Source of the DNA: Bilabrum cf. latius
Lineage: Eukaryota
DNA length: 64,000 nucleotides
Direction of reading: 5' to 3'
Assembly (NCBI GenBank): GCA_965178125.1
Contig: OZ237735.1
Location: 2,170,001-2,234,000 of the forward strand
Each line of letters starts with the position of its first letter. The first letter of the stretch is position 1. Below, piece after piece: positions 38,356 to 51,400 of the stretch. The position numbers and the translations under genes are program-made. The notes under the pieces were generated by a model. That model was given only the letters and a program-made list of their open reading frames with translations. It was not told where the DNA came from and did not search any database.

Positions 38356-38935
38356 TCACGCGATCTGCTGCAGCCGAACAGCGAGCCAAACAGCAGATAT
38401 CGTTGCGATAATCCCAGGAGAAGCAATGTTCCCGATGGTCATATTTCCGAAAACCGTGAACTCGATTCCGAAAAACGTAAGGGCGGCGACGAAAGATCCG
38501 AAAGTTGCAGCCAGAATCGGAATGCTATCAATGTACACAATCGATAGGACACAAAGGAGACACGTGATTGTAGTCCATACGGCAAACAGTCTTGCCAGCA
38601 GTAGACGGACTGCGCGAATCGGGAGTGATCGGCGCAAAGTGGAGTGTGAGGGAGACACCATTTCGTACAAGCAAGCTGCCACACCGAATCCGTATCTTAC
38701 CACGCTTCAGGGCAGAGACTGCGTCCATCAAGCTCTTTGTTTGAGTTGATTCAGAGTCTTCACCAGTCTTCTTGTCATTGATCAACTCAATGGCCTGCAA
38801 CGAGGCATCCTCGACCGGGCTGAAGACCTTCCCCAAAAGCAAGCCCGGCACAGCGTATCCGAGCACCACAGACAGCGTCCGAAACCCCGCCACGATCCCT
38901 AGCCAAATTTTCAATAACAAAACGGCATCCACCAT
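38356..38935 (-). CDS. ERG28: Ergosterol biosynthesis protein 28 family membrane protein (162 aa, 2 exons)
   Basis: WLGIVAGFR...LARLFAVWTTITCLLC...ATFGSFVAALTFFGIEFTVFGNM....SPGIIATISAVWL matches the ERG28 pattern. Intron 38610-38700; TGA 38356-38358. Confidence 0.9.
38610..38700 (-). other. Spliceosomal intron (91 nt) in ERG28
   Basis: G|GTAAG donor and CGCGCAG| acceptor; joins ALKR-V-RLLLARLF in frame. Confidence 0.88.
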
Positions 38936-39062
38936 TTCGTTTCTCTATTTATCCGTATGGAAGGTGCTGAGGTTACCCGAGCCGAACGAAAGTTCGTTCC
39001 CCTACTGCAACTTGATTGAAGTCCCTCATCGAAAACATTCCCAATTGACAAGCGGTTACCGA
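38936..39062. promoter_or_regulatory. Putative compact bidirectional promoter (127 bp) between ERG28 and the Asteroid-like gene
   Basis: Divergent ATGs at 38935 (-) and 39063 (+); AT-richer than the flanks; contains CAATTG at 39042. Confidence 0.5.
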
Positions 39063-41990
39063 ATGGGAGTCTAGGGACTGCTTCGTTGGGTACGATGCTA
39101 GCCTCTCCTATTCGGTGGTCCGATCGCGTTGTAGCCCGGAGATCACGTCTCGATCGATGCGGCCGCGCTTGCCCATTACCTTTGCTTGGCAAGCAGCGGC
39201 GATCTGCTGTCTATTATTGATGACGATGGCCTTGGAACGCTAGATAGGCAGTTTGGGGGTGAATATGCTGAGTTGTGCGATAGGGTACGGTGCTTCTTCT
39301 TGCGGCTACGATCAAGCGGAATCAAGTCGACCTTCGTGCTCGACGGCAACAAGTCTGCGCTGAAGCACGGGACTCATCTGTCGAGGAGAGAATCCCTTAT
39401 TTCAGAGTGCAAGCATGCACAGCTTGCCAACTCGCAGTCCCTTCTTCGAGGCCCCGTTTCCGGACGGGCGACCGCTCGCGAGGAACTGAACCGAGCGAAG
39501 CGGGGCCGCGCGCCGAAACCATTGCTGCTTGTTGAAGCCGCCGCTGTGGCACTGGCGGAATTAGGGGCCCATCTTGTTGTGTCTGCGTCTGAGGGAGACA
39601 GAGCTGTGGCGCATGTAGCAAGAAAGTACCGAAGCCGCTGCATCCTATCGAACGACAGCGACTTTCTCGTGTATGACACGGGGGCGCCACTGGTCCCGCT
39701 TGATTCCTTGAATTTTACGCCCGTGCCACCGCCCCAAGGCTGTGCCAGCGTGACAAGTAGCGGTAGCACAGATCCTGCTGCGGCAGGCGGCAAGCAAGCA
39801 CCTGGCTATGTTGATGCAGCGACTGGCACGGCGCACACATTCACCATGCATGGACTTGCTCTGCGCAGAGACAAACTCGTTTCAGTGCTGCGCGTGCCCG
39901 GTGACTCTCTCGGAGCCCTTGCTTTGCTCACTGGGTGCGACTACAGTCCCATGGCGAGCGTTGACTTGGCCTGGCTGCACGGGGCAATGCAGGCAGCCCT
40001 GCTGGACCATGCTCGCTGGGACCCGAGCAAGCGCAAGAAAACGGGAAAGCCTGCACAAACGGAAGCTAGCTCAGGTGCTTGTGCGGGGTCAGGCAGTACC
40101 GACCAAGGCGACAAACCCCCGGGCGGTGAGGTCCTGGTGGCAGGCAAGATTCCTGATAAATACCACGGCAAGATATGCAACGCAAAGCAGGCGCTGGAAC
40201 TCACCTCGGCGTATCTTCGGGCATTTTGGCCCGAAGTATGCAGCCCTGAAGAAGGAATCGTGTTGGTCGTGGCGTGCCTGTCTCGCGCGATCCGAAGGCA
40301 CGAAGCAATACACCAGTACTGGACGATGAAAAGATCAAAGCAGCGAATGGCAGCAGAGCGTGCCGCTGCCGAGAGGAGAACGGCCGGAGCGAAGCACAAA
40401 GTAAGCAAGCACAAGCATAGAGGGCGTGGCAAAAAGAGGCGCACGGAGCATAGCGCGCAAGGCGGTGGAGCTGGTACTGACAGCACCCAGCAAGCCGACC
40501 AGCCTGAGGATGCTCGTGCTGAGGCTCTCCAGGCAGCTGTGGCTGACGCAGCCCGGGCTGCAACACAGCTGCTTGTGCCAGCTGCCGGAGCTTCACAGCA
40601 ACCACTGGCAGCAACAACAACTGGTGGATAGAGCTCTGCAATGAAGCCTAATCCTGCTGCTGAGTCTGCCGATGGGTGGTTGTTGGGCACTCTCCGCGGC
40701 GTGCTCGGGCTCTTGCACAAGGTCCAGCACGAGTACACTGGATTTGGCTCTCACGATCTTCTTGGTGCAGACAGTTCGGCTAACGCTCTATCGTTGCTGT
40801 GCAAAACGTGCGACATGCACGAATCTAGAGTCTACATGTCTTTCGCGCTGCCGGCGCTGATGGAACCGGCGGGGGAACGGAGGCTAGACAAGGACAGACT
40901 GCTGGACTCTGAACGCGGCAATCTCACACCATCATCGGACATGGCTGATGAAGTGAGCTCCGTCATGCGTGCATTGGATTCAGCTGGTGCAGAGTAGAAG
41001 GAGGATGTGGGCAGCCGAGATTCTGCGACGCTAACTTCTGGTGGCTCGGTAGAGCCTTTCAACACGGTGATGGATGCCTCCAGAGCCATCATCGCGGGCT
41101 TTCCTTGGCATATGCGATCACTTGGAGAGGCACTGCTGCTTGGACCTGCAGTGCAGATGGCCGGCATGAAGCGCAGCTTGGATGCTTGTGCTGCTACTGC
41201 GTTGGCGCCAGCAAATCGCGCCCTTAGGCTGTCGCTGAAGGCTGTAGTATCGCAGCTGATCGTCAACATTCTTACTAGTTGTGATGGTAATGGCTTGAAG
41301 TCGGCCGCAGGGGGCCACATGGACCGCCCAACAACCCAGAGCTAGGATCAAACAACCACTCACAGCTCCGAGCTCGCTGAGGCGTTCCGGGCCGTAGTCC
41401 GAGTGGCATGCGACGAATTACACGATATGTGCCGAAGAGGCCAGATTCCGCAACGAAGCAGTTCAACTGGCGATATACTATTCAGAAATGCATCGGAACC
41501 AGGTTATGAATCGTCGTCTAGCTCGTCTGCGGGTAGTGGCACTCGTTGGAGACTTCCAGCCTGGTGCGTGGCGGATTCATGCGTCTGTATCGCTGTTGGC
41601 TGTCTGCGGTGGGAACAACGCAGACAGTTTGACGGTGTTACTGTGCCTGAGGCTGCGCTCGTTGGCACTGGCAGCACGACGGTAGTCCGAGCTGGTGCGG
41701 GGGTATTGCCGACGGCGTCATCGTCCAGCAGCAATAGCGGTGGCAGCGGCAGCGGCGATTTACCGGCCACGCCGGTGGCAGTTGGCACCTTGACTTCGGT
41801 GGAAGGGGCCGAGGGCTCGCAGATGGTCCCATACCGGATAGCTGGCTGCATGGACTGGCTGCCTATGCTAAGTTCGACTTCAATTGCCGAGATACTGCTA
41901 GCTGACGGAGCAGAGCCACGGGCAGCAGTGGCCCGAACAAAAACTGGCGCGGTCATTCAATAGTGGGCTGTGGCGTTTGAGTGCTTCTGA
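39063..41990 (+). CDS. ASTE1: Asteroid-like (XPG/FEN1 PIN-fold) structure-specific nuclease, 975 aa
   Basis: Starts MGV(TAG)GL. Motifs VSIDAAAL, FGGEYAELCDRVRCFFLRLRSSGIKSTFVLDG, SEGDRAVA, ILSNDSDFLVYD, LALLTGCDY. One frame joined by TAG to TGA 41988-41990. Confidence 0.85.
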
Positions 41991-42109
41991 CCACTAATGC
42001 GACCGTCATCTGGCCCATGGATCAATCCGCGTCGTGCCACAGTGCAGTGCAATCCATCCGTTGCCGATGGGTGGATTGATGACAAATCTCGAATTACTAC
42101 TCCACTTCA

Positions 42110-45100
42110 ATGAAAAGGCAGTCCAGGCAACAATAGTCTTGGAAGGTAGATGTTGCTCCTTCTGCTTCGCTGCCTGTTGTTTTGACAGAGAGTGCCCTCC
42201 GCGAGCAGTCCAACTTTGCGCCTGTACAGCCCTTGCTCGACTGCGCTGTGGAGTTACGCCCACTGATTGCAAAGCCTTCTATATCTGGAGCACGCAGAGG
42301 GTCGGAATTCTACCATTAGAAAGGGTATACATTACGCACGCAGGGCAACCTTGATGGTGCCATCGTCGCATATTCCAAAGCGATTGAGGCAGACCCGTCG
42401 AACAGCTTTCCTAGCGTTTTCAATCGTGGATATGCGCACGATCGAGCAGGGCATTTGTCCCTGGCACTTGAAGACTATGATCTGGCCAGCAAACTACAGA
42501 CTTAGAATGCCTTTGCTCATTTCAATCGAGCAACCATTCTCTTGCGCTTGAACCGACCGGGCGAGGCAGCGAAAGCCCTTGATCGGGCAATAGGCATCGA
42601 GAAGATTGTAGAATTTTATCGAATGAGAGCCATTGCACGGCGCAAGACTGGAGATTTCATGGGCGCGGCGGCTGATGTTGTTTCGTCTCGTCAGATATCA
42701 GGAGCTGCTGCGCGTGCTACTAAAGCCGACAAGGCAGCCGCTAAGGCGATGGCAGACGCAGAAAAGAAGGCTAAAAAGGCAAAGATGAGCGTTTTGTCAG
42801 CCGCAAAGTCGTGGGGCAAGCAATTTGGCGGTTTAATGAAGCATGCAGGGTCGGACGGGGGCGGTTCGGGCAGCAGCAGCGGCAGCAGCAGCGATGAAGA
42901 GATCGATGCTGGTGACCTGCGCGTGCTTGCAACTGGATCCGAGCAAGCACCTAGCTCTCCAAGAGCTGGCGGAAAGGGCGCCCCTCGCTCTAAGTTCACA
43001 GCAGCACGCGAGGCGAGGCTTGCTCGCACGGGTGTGGACTGCGCTGCTGACCGCTCGTCTGGCACTGCGTGGGTGCGAGCGGCGGCGGCTGCACCACGGG
43101 GCAGTGAATAGGCCGTGCCAGGAGCATCGCGCTGGTCCTCCGGCTTTGGAAAGCTGTCTGACCGTCCTCTGTTGGGGCTCGGCTTGACCGGTGGCGCAAC
43201 GGCAGCGGCCCCCGTTCTGCCTGTCGTTGACACGCCCAAGAATGCCCCCAGTAGGAGCAAGCCGAACGGCTGGGACGCGCTTGGCGGGGCAATGAGCACG
43301 GCTGGGGGTACCACATCGCGACGAAGTTCCCCCACAGCTGCAAATCTGCTTCGAAAGACGACAGGGCTTCAGCGCAAGCAGACCGGAGGGTTGCAGCGCA
43401 AGAACACGAGTGCGCTAGAACGGCTCGTGCGGAAGAGGGGAGCAGGGCGGGAGGTGCGACGAGCAGCCAATGCGGTTGCAAGCGCAGCATCTGAAGCGGC
43501 AACCATGTATGCAGAGGGCGGGGCAGTTGCGAGCATGGGCCTGTTCGGCGCTGTCATGGAAGAGCCAGGTAGCGCCACAACAGAATCAGACTCTGGTTCA
43601 CCCAACGTGCAAGGACGGCATGCAGCGGATGCCGGCACCGACACAGACGCGCGTGCTAGTCGTGATAAGACGGCCCCTGCGCGTGTTCCTTTCCTTCGGA
43701 TCCCTGAGCAGACTGAGGGCACTGATGCTAGCAGCGAGATTGGCAGCTTCACCTCGGGGATACCCGGGTCGCCAGTTAGCCCAGTGAGACTAGGGTCAGC
43801 GCGCGTACCGTTCAGGCTCGGGGTTCGTAGTCTTGCAACTGACAGGCCGCACTCGGCCCGGCCAACAATGGCAGCCGCAGCTTCAGCTAGTAGTAGGGTC
43901 ATGTCTCGAGCACAGCAACTGCGTGCCGAGACACGGTCATTCCAACGAAAGCTTTCTCCGCGCCTTCGCAAGGTCATCCGAGGGCACAAGTCTGCACTGC
44001 GGCCTCGTACCGCCACAGTGCAGACATGGGAAATCCAGGACGAACGCAGCCGAGCTGATAGACTCGTGCACGAATCTGAACTTGCGGGATTGCACCCTGG
44101 GACAGGCAGTGCGATACAATATAGAGCTCGGCCGCAAACCGTTGACGCCTCAGCACCAAGGGTGCCGCGACCGCCTCTCTAGGCCAAGCCAAGTGCGTCA
44201 AGGCACCACCGTCAGCCTCCTGGTAGGAGGCCAGTCTCCCTGCAGCATGCTCGACGCAATCTGTCGATCATGGAGAGTCAGGAGTAGCAGAAGAAAGACA
44301 GAAAGCGAGCCGCTTCTGCCACTAAGAGTGGGAGGTAGTTCACCAAGCAGATCAACGCTGTTGTGCAGCGACGAAGAGAAATCGAGGCGTAGCAGGTCAG
44401 GCCGGGCAAGGTGGGTGAAAAAGCCGACACTGCTGCCCTTGCGGTTGCAGCCAAGCATGGCACAAGCGATATTGTGGCCCGAACCAAACGTGCACGGGAG
44501 CTGGCTGTGGCGGATAGGCTCGTGTTTGCCCAAGGCAGCACCTTTGCCCCGTTTGCGGTACGGCCCGCAGAGTCCACTGCAACGTCCAGCTCTATGGCGG
44601 CCAGGTGTCTGCGCATACTGCCTCTATACCTCACAGAGAAAGAGAAGAAGAGGCACTCAATCTCCAAGTTCGGGTACAGTCGTCGACAGGAAGGCCTGGC
44701 AGCCAAACGAAGGCAGCGAGAAGTGCTGGCGCGTGGGGGCACGGGCGCTTCGATGCTTGGTATTGGAATGTCGATGGACGATATGACGTCTGGGAAAACA
44801 GCACAGCTCACAGCTCACAGTGTCATGGGTGCAGATTCCAGAGCGGAACTTGGCAGCCCCTCAATGGCTAGCAGAGAAAGCGATGGGCAGGAAATACCCA
44901 GCGTCGACCTTCATGGTGTATTGTCCAAGCCTTCCGAGCTAAGCATCACTGATATATCTCGCGCAATCGACCGCGGAGATGCTGGAGCACAGGACTTGGC
45001 AACCCATTCTCTTCTGTACCATGCGGGAGTGCAAGGTGTCTCTGTAGACCTTACGTCTGAAGATATCACATTTCTGTGTGGCCTAGCTCAGAACGCCAAG

Positions 45101-48100
45101 GTCTTGTCCCAGCTACCCATGCCGGTGCTCCGAGCCCTCTGTCGCGGACTACAGGTGAGGAAAGTCCCTGCAAACAAGATCGTATTTAAGCAAGGCTCAA
45201 AGTCGGACGACTTGCTCTACATCATCGTGCAGGGGAGTGTAGACGTTCACATGAAATTCGGATCAAGGGAGAAGAAAGAACAGGTTCAAACTGCGACCCT
45301 GTCTGCTATCAAAGCAGCTCGGAAGTGGGCACAGAAAGTTCGCGATCGTGCCGCTAAACGCCATGCCGAGGCCCAGGCGAGAAGAGGTTCCACGGTCCTG
45401 CCTCGCTGGATGAACTCTGTTATGGCAGCTGAGCCTGCACAGGCGAGCCCTTCGCCCCAGAAACGTTCCCTTTTGCCTCCGCCTTCTTAGAAGGAATCTG
45501 CTAGTGGTGGTGCATAGGAGTCGGATGATGACAAGTCTGCGACGAGCAGCGACAGTGATGTGCCGGATGCAGCCTCTGATATTCATCTTCTATCGTCAAC
45601 TGCAAGCTAGCAACCGGACAGCACAGGAGAGGACCCACGGGGGGTGTTTTGTGGCATCCTGTACCAAGGGGAGTCGTTCGGGCAGCTCGCGCTTACCGAA
45701 AACTCCGGGTAGAGAAGGCTTAGTGTCGCCGGCATGGGCGGCAACGACTCTGACTCTGGTATGTCTGGCGCCTCCAATCGAGACAAGCCTAGATTTCGAC
45801 GGGTGACGATCAGCACCAAGGAGGAACCTGCGGTGTTTCTGGTGCTGCCGCGGTCAACCTTCTTGTAGACGGTGGAGACGATGCGAAAGGCAATGCTGGA
45901 CACCACGACTCGCTTCCTTCGCAAGCTGTCCATGTTTGAGGCATGCTCTGACGAAGAACTCTCGCGGCTCTCTGACATGTGCGAGCACCGACGCTATAGG
46001 TCGGGGCACGAGGTGGTAAAGCAAGGCGCACGGCTTGCCGGGCTTGTGCTCATTAGGCGTGGCAGATGCATTGTCAAGCAAGTGGTCAAATCAAAATCCA
46101 AGGATTCTGACTCTAAGCAAAACTAGCAGACGTGGCAGTAGCGGCGGGTGCCACCCGGTCCAACAATCGTGGCTGAGACCCGCAGGACCAGCCCCAGCAG
46201 CCCGCCAGCTGCTGCTGGTGGCTACACTTCACCTACGTTTAGCGCCGCCGACAGATAGGATCCCCGAGCTGCACTGTCAGCTGCAACGTATACGCTGCCC
46301 GCGAGTAGTCACGACGATGATTCTAGGGCCCAAGGAGCCCCTGCACCCCGCGGCCTTCCTCCTGCCCCGACCATGCGAAGAAGCAGCGTTGGAAATGGGG
46401 CTCAGATCGGCCAGTCACGACGATTGTAGCAATATGCGACCGCCGTGGAGACCGCAATTCGGCGACGACGAAGGTCCTCTTTGAATGCTGAGGTCCTCCT
46501 GCGCCGCGCCTCAGCTGCAGGTATGATTGACTTGCGGCTGCGCGACAGAGCCAAGCTTGCCGGCTGGACCGATGCAGATGCTGTGCAGGCCATGGCCCCC
46601 GATGCCTCTGATCAAGCGGTTTCAAGCAGCACAAGCGTCCCACAGTCTCTCACTCCGTTTGCAACCGGCCTGATACCGGACACGCCGGCTGTGCGACGCT
46701 TGGCTAGGCCACCTGGGTCTCCAGCACCGCCTCTGCGAAGGCCCACAGCCCCAGCTAGACCCAGGGGGTCCCCGTCATTGCTAGATTAGAGGCGGCCAAA
46801 GGCACTGGACGTCACCGAGCCGGCAGGCGCGAGCCCATCTAGCAGGGGATGGACTCCCTTTCGAGTCACCGACCGAAAGAGACGGGCATCTATTGGTATT
46901 GTTCCTACGATGGGCAAGTCAAACACCCCATCCCTTTCTGCGAGTAGTCCAAGAAGCAGCCAGCTCAAAGAGCGCACCCTTAAGAAACAGTCTAGTTTCT
47001 CGGATCGAATGGGAGCTTTGCGGCGAGAGTTGTCGACCCCAGATCAACCGTCCCAGGGCAGCCAAGGAGGGGAAGAGGATGAACCGACCGTGGTGCCCCC
47101 GTCTATACAGAACGCGCTCAGGTCAAGAGAAGCAAAGAAGCGTCGATCGCGGCGGGCCCACTACCCCGCACTGCAGATGGTGTCTCCCAGGGCAGGAAAG
47201 CGTCCTTCGATGACGCAGGAGCTATTGGGCTTGGACGACCGCAGTCAGCTGCTCAGGGACTTTGGCGTCTCTGCATCATCCGAAGCCAGTTCACACGGCG
47301 TGCATGATCCACCGGTCCATGATGACGTCGATAGCGACGTCATCGCGGGTCAGTCCGGGGAGGCTCTGGAGGCCGCCCTCGTGGATCCGAGTCAAGCAGA
47401 ACGTGACGTGAAGCCAACTCGAGTTATGATGACGCAGCGGAGGGGCTCCCTCTTGGCGCTGCAAGGAGCTGTTGGTGGACTGGACGGGATGCGTGCAAAA
47501 CCTCCGAGAGACCCCGCAGTAAAGTCCAGAAGGGCATCGTTCTCCAGACCGCCCTCACCACGAGCACGAAAGTCAGCCACGCAGCCAGCCGAGAAGGTGC
47601 AGGTGATCGAGCTCGGGAACCTTCTGCCCGGGGACTACGTGGGTGAGAGTTCTATCCTGAGTGTGGCTCATGGTGTACAGAAGCTAGATATGATGGCGCT
47701 GGAGGCCTCAGGAGCTGGCATGCCGGAGACAACTTCCGGCAATGTATCTGAACCTACTAGAGGCCCAAAGGCATCCCATCAAGAGGCTTCGAGACGTAGA
47801 AGAGCTGCTTTGAGGGAAGTGCTGGAGCAAACAGCTCCAGCTAGCGTGGTTGCCGATACTGCTGTCGAGATTGTGCTCATCAAGCGGGATGTCTTCTATC
47901 ATGCCGTGAGCTTTGCAACAAGGCAGTCGATGCGCGAGGCTGCAATGAAGGCGGCATATGACCGCAAAGTAATCACCTCAGAAATGAGGGTGAAGTGGAC
48001 GCAGTACTGCAAGCAGCTTAGGAATGCAGTGTTGGCAGACACGACCAGGATGAGGAAGGCTCTCTCGGGCTTAAGAATGCCAAGGAAGCTAGAGGAGATG

Positions 48101-48277
48101 GCAGCGCCTGCCGTGCCAGGCAGTGGAGATCCTTTCACTCTCGCAATCGATGCCCACGATCCTAGTAGACAGGATGATCGGCTCTACGATCCACTGGAGA
48201 GGTCCACATTTGTAGAGCAAGCACTGTCTGGGATGAGAAGGTAGCCATTTGTTGTCCGAAACAAGGTCCGGCGGTGA
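42110..48277 (+). CDS. ~2055-aa protein with N-terminal TPR repeats and two insertion-split cyclic-nucleotide-binding domains
   Basis: Frame 2 is open from ATG 42110 to TGA 48275 except for TAG. TPRs: KGYTLRTQGNLDGAIVAYSKAI, FNRGYAHDRAGHLSLALEDY, FNRATILLRLNRPGEA. CNB1: VFKQGSKSDDLLYIIVQGSV...GESFGQLAL. CNB2: FLRKLSMFEAC...VVKQGARLAGLVLIRRGRC...GDYVGE. Start is uncertain because a small 5' intron is possible. Confidence 0.85.
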
Positions 48278-48422
48278 TAGCCCAAACTCCGGATGCCAGG
48301 GCGCCGACTCAGACAGCCTGAGGGTCGCGATGTGCAAGACATCAAGTCGGAACATGACATGTGCGTACACTGAACTAAATTTGACGAATCCTGGATGAAA
48401 CAATTGATAAAATCTAAAGAAA

Positions 48423-51400
48423 TCAAACCACTGTCTGGCCATAGTCATCTGCCTCGACATGATCGTCAGGGCGTTGCTGCAGCTTCGTGATCCGAAGTAG
48501 TACCTCTGGCGACCTGTGAAGCCGTAGGAGGAGCCTGTACAGGTACATCTCATTCTCCAGATGCCGCTAGAATCGCACCTCGTTCTGAGCCAGACGGATG
48601 CCGTCACACAGCTCCAACAGATCTAGCACCTACTCCATCTCCTGGTACGGAACGCGCTCGACAGGCAAGACGAAGAGGCCGCGGATGAGTCCGCCGAGGG
48701 TCACAATGATCAGGGTGTAGACCGCAAGGATCGAGTTGCCTCCGAGAGTCTGTACCAGAATGTCGGGCGCAACCCTATCGTTGATCAGGTTGAACTCGAG
48801 ACCATCGTTGGCGATCGGACCGAACGGGTCCAAGTTGGGCCCTTGCGGTGCCATCTGCAGTGTCCACCACATCGAAGTCGTCACAACCTGGCCGGAACCC
48901 CCACCAGTTCCAGTCTGTCCAGCTGCATGCAGCTAGAGGGCAACTGCTCTCTAAAGGCCAGCTGTGAATGACACTGGGTCTGTCGTTGCAGGGTTTCGCA
49001 GAACGTACGCGTACGAATTCGGTAGGTACGTCGGCGGCCCCGCCGTAGTGGTCAGCACACCTGCGGCGTCCGCTGTGAGCAGCGAGGCGTTCAAGGACTG
49101 CACGGTCGACACAATGTTGCTCACAGCATTGTACAACGACAGGGCGTTCCCGACCGTAAGTTCCACTGATGCAGTCTTCCCAATCGTTTCGAAGGTTTGG
49201 GGCCCATCTCGCGTGAATGTGTAGTCAAGCTGTGCCACAACCCGAGGCAATGTAGAATCGGTCGCGTTGCCACTGACGTTGCCAGCGCGGCTCAAGAGCT
49301 CCACCAGCTGGCTAAGTGCAGGGGGGGCAATGTCCCAAGACTGTACAGGGTATGGCTCCATCCCAATAAATTGCGCCTGGGATCGCATTTCGCCGGAAAA
49401 TTCTAAGCTCTCTTTGCTTGTTACGTTCTCTAACAATCCGTTCCAGTACCCCTCCGTGAAATTGCTCGACACACGGCTTTGCTTTATCGTGTCTGTCTGA
49501 AACAAATCAAAGACTCCGATCTGAGCCCCGCCCGCCTCGAAACCCCGTAAGGAGAGGTCCACTGAAGCATGAAGCACGGGGTTCTGGACGAGCACAGGAT
49601 TGAGCGTGCTGAAGACAATGATGGGCGCGATGATGATGGCCAGAAGCAAGAGCACGATGAGCCACCCGTTCAAAAGCTTCATGTAGAACGGCAGCGCCTC
49701 CCTGCCGTTGAACACAGATTTCATAGACCGACGGTATGTCATGTCTACCTGCACACGGAACAAGTTTGCCTGGATTGCAGCCAGCTTTAGCCACATCCAC
49801 ACATCCATGCTTGTGCTCGCCGTGGTCCAATCTAGGATCTGCCTTAACTCGAATAGGAACGGAATTGCCGTGTATATATTGAAGATAACTCCTCGAACCC
49901 AGTGGTACCCGTGGGAAAACATCGAGTCGGTCGGCGGGGTTCTGCCATAGCCCACTTGAATCTGCTTTGCGCCCACCAGGAAATACACTACCCAGAGGCA
50001 GTAGTAAATGATCAAGGAATTGCGGTCAGAGAACTCAGAGTTGGTCTGCAGAGGAGTCTGGAAGAAGACCACCCAATGCACAGCAATTACGCTTGCCCAG
50101 TGAATCAATACCTTGAGCAGAAGCGATCTCCACAGGTACGCCAGCCTTTCGCACACGATGCAAAGAATCTGCAGGATGGCAGCGAGAACCATTCGCCCGC
50201 TGAACTGATTCTATGCCAGCTCTTGGCCGATATCGGTTCCACCTCCTGTCATGGCACCATAGAACAGCACGGTGTAGAGGAGAATAAACAGCTGTATACT
50301 GGCAGTCCAGACGTACAGGTCACGTCCAGGCTTGGTTGGCCTCATTCGCTCCTCTTTCTGCTTGCTATGCCCAGCTCCAAGAGTCCTGGCATTGGACGCA
50401 ACTGATGGCATCGTGTTCAAGGTGGTTCCGGTGGTCGTCGCCATGCCGCTGGGACCCCCACGCATATGGCGAACCACCGGGGTTGAAGCCTGGCTTGGGC
50501 CAGCCTCACCGTCAGGCTCACGAGGGGCCTGCAGAGCAGCAGGGCCTAGGCTAAGCTGAACCACAGCGGCCTAACGTCGCTGCGCTACTGCCTCACGCGG
50601 AGTCCACGCGTGCAAGATAGCTCCGTTCTGGACCCACGCCCAGGTGCCTCCCCTGTGGTCTGGGTCAACCGTCGAGAAATAGTAATCGCTCAGCCCCCAG
50701 ACAAACAGCGTCACCGAATACCACACGAACTACATCACCAAGTCGCACACGGGGATATCATGTGGATCGAAGCTGTCCCTAAAAATGCCCCTATCCGCGT
50801 CGATCCTGGAAGTGGTGCCAAGCCTGTGTGCCTCGAGATGTTCCGTCATATCCTTGACCGAGTAATGCTTGTCAACTTTCTTCACGGCGCCTGCGTCGGT
50901 GCCTTGGTCCCGAGTTTCGCTGTCGCTTTCCTCTGAGGTCACAGGACGGCAACAGCATCCACAAGACAGAACGCAGCACAGCTTGGCACAGCAGGACCTG
51001 GTGTCGGCAGGCACGCGCCTGGCCGCACCTCGGCCATGCCCTTGTCCTTGCCCGCGCATCCCAGGAGAAGCCGCATTCAAGCGATGGCTGTAGCCCGTGC
51101 GACGCCGAAGTCCAAATGATTGACCTTGAATTTCGCCTGCCGCTGCGCCTGCATCCTCAATGTCGTCCAGATCATTGTCGCTGTCATCTGACGATGTCGC
51201 CTCTGCAGCACGGGTGGGTCTGCCTGCTGCTGATCCCTAATCGCTGCTTGTCTGCACTGTATCCAACGTGGGCACAATCTGCGGGCCAGTAGTCTGCCGC
51301 GAGATGGTACCACCGGATTGGCCAGGCGACGGCGACGCTTGGCTAGTCTACACGCCGTCTTGTCCAAGGTCACCCTTTGCAGCCTGCTGGCTCCCGTCAA

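Noticed and set aside
42146-42188. Possible 43-nt intron (GTAGAT...TTTGACAG) giving an alternative start for the TPR-cNMP gene
   Set aside because: It is not needed (the frame is open from ATG 42110), has a weak donor and is half the size of the other introns; unresolved without RNA data.
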